A stretch of DNA of 64,000 bases from a bacterium (GTDB taxonomy: Bacteria > UBA8248 > JACPRG01 > G963555815). The notes under the pieces were generated by a model. The model saw only the letters and a list, made by a program, of their open reading frames with translations. It had not been told where the DNA came from and ran no database searches. The stretch covers positions 1,248,001 to 1,312,000 of the forward strand of contig CBDHDG010000007.1 of NCBI GenBank assembly GCA_965261595.1, read 5' to 3'. A program made the position numbers and the translations under genes. This document shows positions 52,485 through 62,466 of the stretch, one piece after another (positions within the stretch are counted from its first letter, which is position 1; each line of letters opens with the position of its first letter).

Positions 52485-53669
52485 ATGCCCAGAAGGAGCG
52501 AGCTCAGGATCACCAAACGCACCGTGGATGCACTCACCGTCGATGCCAAGGATGGCGTCTTCTGGGACCGGGACCTGGCGGGCTTCGGGGTGCGGGTCCA
52601 TGCCACGGGCCGCAAGGTCTACGTAGTGCAGTCCCGGGGGCCGGCCGGACCGAAGCGAGTGACCCTCGGACGGCATGGGGACATGTCGACCGAGGAGGCG
52701 AGGAAGCGGGCGGCCGTGGTCATCGACCGCATCAAGCGGGGGGAGGACCCCGTGCCCGCGCCGCCCGAGCCGGAGCTCACGTTGGCCGAACTGTCCGAAC
52801 GGTTCCTGCGCACCCATGTCAAGGTGCATTGCAAGCCGAGCACCGTTGCAACGTACCGGTGCGTGCTCGACAAGCACATTCTTCCCACCCTGGGCGCGAT
52901 GTCAATCAACGAGGTAGGACGAAGGGAGATTTCCGCGCTGCATCACCGGCTTCGTGACACGCCTGCAATGGCCAACCGGACGGTCAAGGTTCTGTCGAGA
53001 ATGTTCTCGTTGGCGGAAGCCTGGGAAAGACTGCCGCCCGGCCGGAACCCGTGCCGGTCGGTGCGCCGCTACAAGGAGAGGTCGTGCGAGCGGTTTCTGA
53101 CGCCGGAGGAGTTCCGGCGGCTGGGCCGTGTGTTGAGGGACGCGGAAACGGACGGCTCGGTGTGGCCGCCGGCGATTGCGGCGCTCCGGCTGCTGCTGCT
53201 GACCGGATGCCGGAAGAGCGAGATCCTGACGTTGCGCTGGGACGACGTGGACCGCACGGCGGGCGAGTTGAGGCTCAGGGACGCCAAGTCGGGTCCGCGC
53301 ATGGCGCCCCTAACCGGGCACGTGCTGAGAGTGCTTAACGGCATTCCCCGTATCGAAGGCACTCCCTGGGTGCTTGTCGGACAAAGGCCGGGGACCGGTC
53401 TGACGAACCTCGACCACTACTGGCAACTCATCCGGGCGCAGGCCGGCTTGGATGACGTCCGGATTCACGACATCCGGCACAGCTATGCATCGAGGGCCCT
53501 GGCGCTGGGCGAGAGCCTGCCCACGATCGGCAAGCTGCTCGGTCACAGTCAAGTATCAACGACAGCACGTTATGCGCACTTGATGCGGGATGCGGAGAAG
53601 GAAGCCGCGACCCGGGTGGGCGACAGCATCGGCGCCCACATCGGGCCGCGGAGCACCGAGGCGGCATGA
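52485..53669 (+). CDS. tyrosine integrase with arm-binding domain (paralog 1)
   Basis: FWD..LAGFGVRV..GRHG; catalytic R(TGCR), K, HDIR, H, Y(TARY); RBS AAGGAG. Confidence 0.93.
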   Translation: MPRRSELRITKRTVDALTVDAKDGVFWDRDLAGFGVRVHATGRKVYVVQSRGPAGPKRVTLGRHGDMSTEEARKRAAVVIDRIKRGEDPVPAPPEPELTLAELSERFLRTHVKVHCKPSTVATYRCVLDKHILPTLGAMSINEVGRREISALHHRLRDTPAMANRTVKVLSRMFSLAEAWERLPPGRNPCRSVRRYKERSCERFLTPEEFRRLGRVLRDAETDGSVWPPAIAALRLLLLTGCRKSEILTLRWDDVDRTAGELRLRDAKSGPRMAPLTGHVLRVLNGIPRIEGTPWVLVGQRPGTGLTNLDHYWQLIRAQAGLDDVRIHDIRHSYASRALALGESLPTIGKLLGHSQVSTTARYAHLMRDAEKEAATRVGDSIGAHIGPRSTEAA

Positions 53670-53680
53670 GGCTGGATGAC

Positions 53681-54883
53681 ATGGCGAAGCTGGAATACAA
53701 GACGCTCTCGAACCGCACGGTCGAGAAACTGAAGGTAGAAAAAGACACGGTGTTCTGGGATCACGAGCTCACCGGCTTCGGGATGCGGGTCTATCCCGCG
53801 GGCGGCAAGGTCTATGTCGCCCAGGCCCGGGGACCGGGGGGACCGAAGCGGGTCACGGTGGGCCGGCACGGGGTGCTCGGCGCGGAGCAGGCACGTCAGC
53901 GGGCGGCCCTGATCATCGCCCGGGTCAAGGCCGGCGAGGAGCCGGTGCCCGAGCCCATGGCGGTGAAGCTGTCCGGTGGGCCGACAGTGGGCCAGCTTGC
54001 GAGGCGGTTTCTCGAAGAGCACGTGGCGGTGCGCTACAAGCCGAGCACCATGAAGTCGACCCGCACGGTGGTGAATCGTCATATCGTGCCCGCCCTCGGT
54101 CAGCTACCGCTGGAGGCGGTCAGCCGCGCACGGGTCATGGAGCTGCATGACGAACTCTACGAGACCCCTGCGATGGCGAACATGGTGGTCCGCACCCTGT
54201 CGCTGATGTACAGGCTGGCCGAGAGCTGGGGGCTCGTTCCGGAGGGATGCAACCCCTGCCGGCTGGCGGTCAGGTTTCCCGAGCGCAAGCGGGAAAGGTT
54301 TCTGACCGATGGAGAGTTCACCCGCCTGGGAAAGGTACTGGATGAGGTTGAGACCCGGGGCGGCGCGTCGGCATCCGCGGTGATCGCTCTCCGTCTGCTT
54401 ATGCTGACCGGATGCCGGAAGAACGAGATCCTGACCCTTCGGTGGGAGGACGTGACGCTGGATCAGAACGAATTGAGACTGCCCGACGCCAAGACGGGCG
54501 CACGGGTGGTTCCATTGTCGCCCTCGGCGGTGAGGCTTCTTTCCGGTCTGCCGCGAGAACCGGGCAACCCGTGTGTCATTCCCGGGCGGAAGCCGGGCAC
54601 GCATATGAGCAACGTGGATCAGGCCTGGCAGGTCATCCGGGCGAGGGCTGGCCTGGAGGACGTCCGGATCCATGACCTGCGTCACAGCTTTGCGTCCAGG
54701 GCCCTGGCGCTGGGGGAGAGCTTGCCGATGATCGGAAAGCTGTTAGGCCACAGCCAGGTCGAGACCACGGCGCGCTATGCCCATCTGGCGCGGGATTCGG
54801 TGCAGGAGGCCGCAGCCCGTATCGCCGACAGTATCGCGACCGACATTCTGGGCGAAGGCTGGAGGCCGGCTTCCGGTTCATGA
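53681..54883 (+). CDS. tyrosine integrase with arm-binding domain (paralog 2)
   Basis: Same architecture with all catalytic residues present; alternative start 53666 overlaps the paralog 1 stop. Confidence 0.93.
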   Translation: MAKLEYKTLSNRTVEKLKVEKDTVFWDHELTGFGMRVYPAGGKVYVAQARGPGGPKRVTVGRHGVLGAEQARQRAALIIARVKAGEEPVPEPMAVKLSGGPTVGQLARRFLEEHVAVRYKPSTMKSTRTVVNRHIVPALGQLPLEAVSRARVMELHDELYETPAMANMVVRTLSLMYRLAESWGLVPEGCNPCRLAVRFPERKRERFLTDGEFTRLGKVLDEVETRGGASASAVIALRLLMLTGCRKNEILTLRWEDVTLDQNELRLPDAKTGARVVPLSPSAVRLLSGLPREPGNPCVIPGRKPGTHMSNVDQAWQVIRARAGLEDVRIHDLRHSFASRALALGESLPMIGKLLGHSQVETTARYAHLARDSVQEAAARIADSIATDILGEGWRPASGS

Positions 54884-55067
54884 TCTTTGCCACACTTATG
54901 CAGTTCTAGAGAATTTCCACGCTCTCAAATATCGTTTATCTATTTGTTTTTCCATGTTGTTTCCGTGTTCGCTGCAACTCGCCTGATTATGTCCTACTGG
55001 GCTGGGTGATCGTTTCGCAACCGGATTTGATCAATATGCAGGCATGACATGTCTGCGCTTGTCGGTT

Positions 55068-55731
55068 ATCGCTCCCGGGACCCTGATTCCGACATCCCCG
55101 CACCGCGGCCCGTCGCACGGCTCCATTCACGCAAAACGATCCGCTCGAGCTCCTCCACGCTCCGAACTCCTCAGACCGTCCTCACGACGGCCCTCGTCCC
55201 GATCGGCTTGGCGTACCCAGTTGCGAATCGCCGAAGCGGAGCACTCAAATTCGCGAGCCAGCTCCCCGGGCGTGCGCCCCGCGCGGACCCGCTCGACCAT
55301 CTGGCGCCGTTACGCCGGCGCGTAAGGGGAATGAGTCTTTGTCATCTGAACACGTCCTGCGCACAGTACGAAAGTGTCCACCGAAATGGGTCAAGTCCAA
55401 TCGCTCCCGGGATCCTGATTCCGACATCCCCGCACCGCGGCCCGTCGTACGGCTCCATTCACGCAAAACGATCCGCCCGAGCTCCTCCACGCTCCGAACT
55501 CCTTAGACCGTCCTCACGACGGCCTTCGTCCCGATCCGCGTGACGCACCCAGTTGCGAATCGCCGAAGCGGAACACTCGAACTCCCGGGCCAGCTCCCCG
55601 GGCGTACGGCCCGAGCGAACCAGCTCAACCATCTGGCGCCGGTATTCCGGCGCGTAGGGTGAATGAGTTTTCGGCATCTGAACACCTCCTCCGTACAGTC
55701 TGAAGGTGTCCACAAAAACGGGTCAATTCCA
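55068..55731 (-). repeat. tandem 2 x 332-bp IS3 left-end/orfA fragments
   Basis: Units 55068-55399 and 55400-55731; each has IR TGGA(A/C)TTGACCC..TGGACAC and PYAP..RRQMVE orfA start. Confidence 0.85.
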
Positions 55732-55779
55732 TTCACTAGATTTCATATCTGACTCTCAACGACATCGAGCATCGCAGGA

Positions 55780-56094
55780 CGAAGGTGGCCAGCCTCAGAG
55801 GAACGGGTTCGTGGAGCGGCTGCACAGAACCCTGCTCGACGAGCACTTCTGGATCATGGGAAGGAAGAAGTTCTACGAAAGCATCGGAGAGATGCAGAAC
55901 GACTTGACGCCTAACTGATCACCTAAAACACCGAACGCCCCATCAGGGCCACGGTATGCAGTGAAGGACACCCACCGAGGTCTTCGTCCGCTGCCTGCCA
56001 AAATCCAAGAGATCGAAGGAGGAAAATGGAAAAAAACGCCTGAACTGATCGCGAACAGGAACTGCAACTGTCACGCAAATACCCTATCTGTACA
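55780..56094 (+). mobile_element. IS481-like transposase 3' remnant
   Basis: PQRNGFVERLHRTLLDEHF; ends ..CTGTACA. Confidence 0.65.
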
Positions 56095-56161
56095 CCCTAG
56101 TTAACAAGATCCCCAGTACAACCGGATCGACTTGGTCCACATTCCAACAACAAACACCCTG

Positions 56162-58921
56162 CTAATTCTTCTTCTGTTTTCGCTTTTTGGTTTGCCTTCG
56201 ACGCTTCCGGAGATGTTTTGGATCCTGTAGATTCCGCAGCCTCGCCTCTAACTGTTCTTGCACCCGTTTCTCTCGTGTTCTCCATGCTTTCTCTTTCTCC
56301 GACTCCAGCTTCTTTACCTGCTCTTCCGCTTCACCGGCACGGCGCATGGCCAAAGCTTCCCGTCGCTCCGACTGCCTCGCCCGATGCCACCCCATCTGCG
56401 CAGAAAAGAACGGTTTATCAAGATCCGGAGTTTGTTCAAAGATCTCATCTACATTCCTGGCAAAAGTATCCTCTAGATCCGCAACATAGTTATTCCGCTC
56501 CATTTGGAACGACGTCTTGGCCGCGTTAATACTAGGACCAAAGAAATGTTCATAACGTTTTTTGTCAATAAAGGAGATTCCAGCATAAAAGTATTCATGA
56601 AGCATACACTGTTGCAACAAGTCAGCGCTAATCTGCTTAGGCGACAAAGCAGACAGATATCTGTATATCGCCTCAGGAGACCAAGTCGTGACGGTCTGTT
56701 CCTGCGACACTCGCTCAATGATACGGCTTTGTGAAATAAAGTAAAATTGCTCGGCATTCTCAAGACCATCCACGGAATACTTTCTGGACCTTAAGTTACG
56801 TAAGAGGACCAATATCTCAGCTTCAGACTCGACTTGAAGTGGGGAGCGATATGTTCCACTTTTCTCCCGTGCCTTCTGAACCTCCGTTTTATAATATTCA
56901 ATATCTCCCAAATCAGCCTGATCAAAGCCAGTAAGTTCTGAAATCCTGACTACCTGCACACCTTTTTTGGTAATGTTATCTTCGAAAGCAACCCGATCGA
57001 TATCTCCCGAAGGAAAGAGCAACTTAACATAGTCACTAAATGTACCAATGTCCCCGTCTGCACTAAGCCTTATATATCCGTCCAAAAATAGATTCTGCTT
57101 GTAGCTTCCTCTCACCGTAGCGGCGCGCAAGAAGTCGAGAGAATCGGTGGGATATCTCTCTACGAAACGTAAAGCCCATTTAAAGTGGTCCCAAGCCTCT
57201 CGAAGTAAGTTCGATGTTGTACAGAGTAACGCCTCTTCATGAGCAAAGGAGCTAAAGAGGTCAACAGCATAGTCGTGATTGTGGCACGCCGTAGCGACAA
57301 GAGGAAGTATTATGCTAGAGTCACAGAGCCACAGTGTCTTCCGAAATATATCTCTTCTCACCTCTCCGCACTTTGGGTCTAGTCCAAGTAGATGATAAAG
57401 GAAGTAGCCCTGAGAAACGGATGCAAGATAATTCCTTTGCGGTGGATTTGGTTCAACAATAAACTGATATACCGCTTCAACAAATGCGGATTGAAGCCTC
57501 AGGTCCTCGATTTTGACGGCTTTGTCCGAGACGTATCCAAACACGTCCGATAGCTCGTCTGGACGTGCCGTTTGCCCCGAATAAATGTTGTTGGCGATCA
57601 CCAACCCACGTTTGGAGAAGTTCTCTACTAAAACCTCTTCCGCGAATCTCTGACACTCAGCGATCTGCGATTCGTCTACCTCCTTATAAAAACCTTTTAG
57701 TGTAAGCTGGAACTGGCCGTAGGCTTGATCCTTCTCCGACTCTCTGATCGCATGATATTCCTGAACCTTCTCACGTCCGGCCTCGGTAATATGGATTTGA
57801 TCCGCAGTGGCCTTCAGCAAACCCTGGGCCCGGAGACTTTTTATTGTCTCTTCGATCGCCTCACCATATTGCGTCGGTGGTTCCGTGATATTTTCCAATA
57901 CAAAAGAGGACGATATCGCGTCTAAAGCCAACCGGCCCGAATCAACCGCGTTCAACTGCGACAATATTAACGGTGAGAGGTAGTCTCCAGGCTGGACACC
58001 TTGTAGTCGTCTATAAAGAGAAAGTGCAATAGCAGCCTCGACTTCCTTGTCCGATGTTACCTTTCTTGCGCGACTCTCTACTCGACGATCTCTGGACACA
58101 ATAAAGTGGTCCATCGTCCTTAACATTTGAATTAGTTTTGAGTGACGTCCATCAGAGTTAGAATATTGGACGAGTACAATGTTGTACTGCTCTAATAGTT
58201 CCTTCTCATCTGCTTCTGTGAAATCTGCAGCGATCAGATAAATTGGGTGGCAAGGATCGCCAGAACGTTTTGCCATATTCAATATTGTATCAATGTCAGG
58301 ATCAGACAAACTGTGGCCTACTATGAGTACATCGAACATGGCGAATATACTGCAAAGTCGATCGCGAAAATACCCTGCCGAACCGTCCGTCTGAAGTCGT
58401 TTGTAATCGGCTGAGGTAAGGATAACCTCTTCTGGATGGTCCAAGTCGGAATGAAGCTTCTGGATTATGTGGCTGACTCCATCTCGCCATAAGATGAAAT
58501 CCTGAGGACGATTCCTAATAACCTCGAAATGTTCATTTAAATTGGAGAGATATTCATTGATCTCGTTATCGTAATTAGTGGTAAGATAACATGCGAAAGG
58601 CCACTTGCTGAGTAGATCGTAAAGATAGCCGTGTGTCTTATTCGGAGGAATTAGCAGCGGTTTGAGGAAAGTTATAAGGGCGTTACGGTCGTCTCCAAGA
58701 TCACGCTCCACTTGACGAAAGAACTGGGGATACTCTTTTTTGTGGAGGTATTTCTCGTATGACTGGAAGTCGGAGACGATATCTAGCGCTGTAAGATTCT
58801 CATATGCTAGTTTGGCCAAATTGCCCCATGATGGATAACCTACCTCGCACGATGGGCCAGATCCAACAAGGACTAGGCATCTTCCGTTATTGATTTTCCG
58901 TATGAGCTGCTTATCAAACAT
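56162..58921 (-). CDS. 919-aa SIR2-domain protein with wHTH-like and PIN-like regions
   Basis: LVGSGPS..GYPSW, TTNYD, KLHS, VGHSLSDPD; LRAQGLL..ITEAG; LWLCDSSIILPL; charged coiled-coil tail; low GC. Confidence 0.85.
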   Translation of the reverse strand: MFDKQLIRKINNGRCLVLVGSGPSCEVGYPSWGNLAKLAYENLTALDIVSDFQSYEKYLHKKEYPQFFRQVERDLGDDRNALITFLKPLLIPPNKTHGYLYDLLSKWPFACYLTTNYDNEINEYLSNLNEHFEVIRNRPQDFILWRDGVSHIIQKLHSDLDHPEEVILTSADYKRLQTDGSAGYFRDRLCSIFAMFDVLIVGHSLSDPDIDTILNMAKRSGDPCHPIYLIAADFTEADEKELLEQYNIVLVQYSNSDGRHSKLIQMLRTMDHFIVSRDRRVESRARKVTSDKEVEAAIALSLYRRLQGVQPGDYLSPLILSQLNAVDSGRLALDAISSSFVLENITEPPTQYGEAIEETIKSLRAQGLLKATADQIHITEAGREKVQEYHAIRESEKDQAYGQFQLTLKGFYKEVDESQIAECQRFAEEVLVENFSKRGLVIANNIYSGQTARPDELSDVFGYVSDKAVKIEDLRLQSAFVEAVYQFIVEPNPPQRNYLASVSQGYFLYHLLGLDPKCGEVRRDIFRKTLWLCDSSIILPLVATACHNHDYAVDLFSSFAHEEALLCTTSNLLREAWDHFKWALRFVERYPTDSLDFLRAATVRGSYKQNLFLDGYIRLSADGDIGTFSDYVKLLFPSGDIDRVAFEDNITKKGVQVVRISELTGFDQADLGDIEYYKTEVQKAREKSGTYRSPLQVESEAEILVLLRNLRSRKYSVDGLENAEQFYFISQSRIIERVSQEQTVTTWSPEAIYRYLSALSPKQISADLLQQCMLHEYFYAGISFIDKKRYEHFFGPSINAAKTSFQMERNNYVADLEDTFARNVDEIFEQTPDLDKPFFSAQMGWHRARQSERREALAMRRAGEAEEQVKKLESEKEKAWRTREKRVQEQLEARLRNLQDPKHLRKRRRQTKKRKQKKN

Positions 58922-58929
58922 TGCTCACC

Positions 58930-60187
58930 TGACTTGCCCCCACCAACGAGACCACCTGCTACGTTAGACTTGGGATCCTTTGAAGTCCACTCCGGGGGAC
59001 CGGCGCCAGGGCTTGGGATCTTGGGAATCTGGCCTTTGGCGCAGGCGGCCGGTAGGCCAAGACGCTGTGAGGCCGTCGCTGGTTGTACGCCCGCCTCCAC
59101 CTCTCCACCAGCACCTGGGCCTCTTTCAGAGTCTCGAAGCTCTCCACGCCCAGGAGCTCATCCCTCAGCTTCCCATTGAAACTCTCCACATTTCCATTCT
59201 CCCAGGGGCTGCCCGGCTCAATGGACAACGTCCTCACGCCAACCGCCTTGAGCCAGTCCCTGACCACCCTGGCCGTGAACTCCGATCCGTTATCTGACCG
59301 GAGGTATTCAGGGACGCCCCGGCCCACAAACAGCTCTGCCAACCGCTCCAGCACATCCTGGTGATTCATCTTCCTTTGGACATCAATGGATAAGCATTCA
59401 AAGGCTGTACTCATCCAAAATGGTCAGCAGCCGGAAAGCCCTCCCTGCTTGGGTGCGCTCATGCATGAAGTCATAGCTCCAGACATGGTTCCGATGAGTC
59501 GGTCTCAGGCGCACGCAGGACCCGTCATGGAGCCACAGTCTCCTTCGTTTCGGCTGTCTGGACGGGACCTTCAGCCCCTCCTGTCTCCAGAGCCTTTCCA
59601 CTCCCTTGGGGTTCACCTTCCACCCCTCTAAAGCAAAGCATCGACGTAATCCTCCGGTAGCCGTACGCGCTGGCCAACTCCACCATCCAGATCACCAGTT
59701 GTGCCTCTTCCTTGGGAATCTGTCGGACTCTTCGTTGGGTCGACCTAGCCTGTCCCAGCACTCGGCAGGCCCGACGCTCACAGACTCGCTCAGGTCCGAA
59801 TCGCTCTCTAACCCATACCAGGACTCGTCTCCTTTTCGCCGGGCCTGGAAGTTTCCCAAGGAGACTTCCCTCAGAATATGATTGTCCAGCGACAGGTCCG
59901 CCACCAGCTTCTTCAGCCGGGCATTCTCCTTCTCCAGGGACTTCAGACGCTTGGCCTGGTCCATCCTCAGACCCCCGTACGCCTTCCTCCACCGGTAGTC
60001 TGCTCGGTCACCCCGATCTGCTTACACACCTGGCCTACCGTCCTCCCTTGGAACTGGGGCACCTCCGCCTCGCGCAGCTTGATGACGAGCTGTTCCGCTG
60101 TAAACCGCTTCCTGGCCAGCCTTCCCCTCCTTCTCGATTCCAGGAATACTCTTTTATAAACTGGACTCGCTTGAAGGGGGCAGGTCA
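58930..60187 (-). mobile_element. IS3-family element, degenerate
   Basis: TG..CA ends; KRLKSLEKENARLKKLVADLSLD, WSYDF, RSDNGSEF, PGSPWENG; several frameshifts; no TSD. Confidence 0.88.
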
Positions 60188-60311
60188 TCGATTTCTCAAG
60201 TCTCTGTTTTGCGATCTTCCATGTGTCGTAGAGGGGACTTATCGCTGCCAGGTCGATACCCCTGTCTTCGTCCGAGAGAGGCTCAATCTGCTTCCAATTG
60301 TAATCTGGCAT
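60188..60311 (-). pseudogene. 5' stub of possible Fic-family gene truncated by IS3
   Basis: MPDYNWKQIEPL..YDTWK resembles N-termini of long Fic proteins; RBS GAGGTG; Fic motif itself absent. Confidence 0.4.
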
Positions 60312-60492
60312 TGTTCACCTCACGAACACTAGAGTCTGTCGAAATCTTATGGTGGAACACGATATCATGTGATCCGCCTAGCGGCGGCGGGATGCTACTT
60401 GCCTTCTCATTTAATGCCATATAGCTCACAGTGACCGGAATGATCAATCAGTCCGGACGATCTGGTGAACCCCTACATATCCTTATGTTTAT

Positions 60493-62161
60493 CCGGAATT
60501 TCCCATATCAACTTGCTTGGGTGGTTTCCGGTCCCCTTTCCCGATGAAAACCAGTTGATCCCCTTCCGATGGGTTTGTCAAGAGCCTTCCAACCCTCCGC
60601 AACAAGGTGCTGACGGCCATCGACTGCCCCAAAAGGCGGACCCTCGCCCTTCGGTCCCCTTTGTTCGCGGTTCAACCCGTTAACCAATCACCTCATGCTG
60701 CCGGGAACCCTCTGTACAAGGTTAGACCGGCACCGGCCGTAATCGGTTGATTCGGTCCAGGATGATGGCGAACTCTTCCCTGGACACCGCTACTTCGGCC
60801 AATTGAAAGATGATCTACCGGGCGTGCCGCACAATCCTCCCGCCCATTTTGATGAGCTTGACCTGGAGGCTTCGCAGCGACCAGTGCTTGAGCCCCCTGG
60901 GCAAGGCTAGCCTGCGCAGGAAATTGCCCAGGTTGTACGCCAGGACGAAGAGAAGGAGCCGCACCTGGTTGCACACGAACCGGTGACAGGAAAGGCGTGT
61001 CCAGTTCAGGGCGTACTTGCCTTCCTTGATCCATTGCTCGGCTGTGCCTCGCTGGTTGTAGAAGTGCACGACCCCCTCGGGTCGAGCCGTCAGGTTCGTG
61101 ACAATGAATCCGACGCGAGGGAAGAGTTCGCCTGAGTGCCATTCCACCTTCGCCACGACCCGCCGGGAACGGTCCCAGCTTCCAGCCTGATACCGGAAGT
61201 CGTAATAGAAGATGATGGGTCTCTTGGGCGGGCGACCGACCGGGCGGGTGAGGAGGAAGTCGATCTCTCGCTGCACCACGTCGTTGGCGGGAAGGCGGAT
61301 GGCGTAAAGGAAGCTGTGCGCTTCCAGGCACTCATAGACCTCCGGGCGCGCAAAGGCGGCATCGGCTCGGAAGTAACGGCGAACACCCGCCCGCTCATAC
61401 CGGGCCGCGATGGGCGAAAGCAACTCGCGCCAGCCATCGGCGCTGTGCACGTTGCCGGGGCGCAACATCGCCCCTTCGCAGTCCCCAAACTGGTTAAAGC
61501 AAAAAAGAGGGTGATAACAGGTGCAACGAAAGTGGCCGTTGTAGGCCGTACCTTCCTGCTCCCCATGGACGGGGCTTTCCGAGCTGTCCATGTCCAGGAT
61601 GATTCGCTGATGGGGTGAGTGTGCCATGGCCCGGTCCACCCACTCCCGGTTTAGCTCGCTCAACCCCTTGAGATTCTCCTCCCTGGTGAGAACCTCGGTC
61701 TCGAACCGGCTCAGGGTGTTGGCGCCCGCCGCCTGCTTCTCAAGCGCTCGGCGGTCAACTACGGCTTGCATAGCAGGGTCCTGGGCCAACCGCGCTCGGC
61801 ATCGTTGGTGTCTTCATACCCTGCCAAGCGGCTATAGACCGACTGGCGCAATAGCGGCGCCAACTCATGCTGGATGTTCCGGCCATGACGGATCTCTTGC
61901 AATTGCACTGGCGCTCTCACCGTCAAACCCAGCGCATCATCCAGCTCCCGGCAGGCCAGCAATCCCGCATCCGAAGTGATTCTGGTTCCGTGAAACTCAA
62001 GCCTGAGCCGACGGTCAAAACGGATCTTCAAAGCCCCCTTCTTCGCTTCACCCATTGGGTCCCCTCGCAAGATGATGGCAGGGGGAGGCCAACACCTTGA
62101 TCTTACACGAGAAAACGGCATTCGGTCCGACAAAACTTATGATCCATATGGGAAATGCGGG
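60493..62161 (-). mobile_element. IS1380-family element, second full-length copy (frameshift ~61791, TAG ~60815)
   Basis: Near-identical to 8311-9978, including IRs. Confidence 0.95.
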
Positions 62162-62455
62162 TCTAAATGGCTGCTGGTAGTAATCGCGAGCCACGTAGCA
62201 TTGGCACTTAGCCTTTACCGAGGAATGAAGATTTCCGAGAATATGAAAGCCTTTCGCCATGGTGAGTCAGAATTTTATGACATCTATCGCCGCTTACTTG
62301 ATCGTCCCCATCTCTTTGGAGCCGGCGAGGATGAACAGCTAGACATGTACTTCTCGGAAGTTGAACGAATTAGAAGACTTGTTCGCAGCGCTGAAACGGA
62401 GAGTTTTCCAGATGTGGAAAGTATTAGTCGACAAACTAACATTAATGCTCGATAG
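62162..62455 (+). pseudogene. 3' fragment of membrane protein (SLATT/DUF4231-like?)
   Basis: TM helix WLLVVIASHVALALSLY followed by charged helical region; 5' part cut by IS1380. Confidence 0.4.
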
Positions 62456-62466
62456 CCATCGGTCGT

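Noticed and set aside
54975..55010. tRNA-derived att core after integrase 2 (CATAATCAGG on the minus strand)
   Set aside because: 10-bp match only, with no T-arm following
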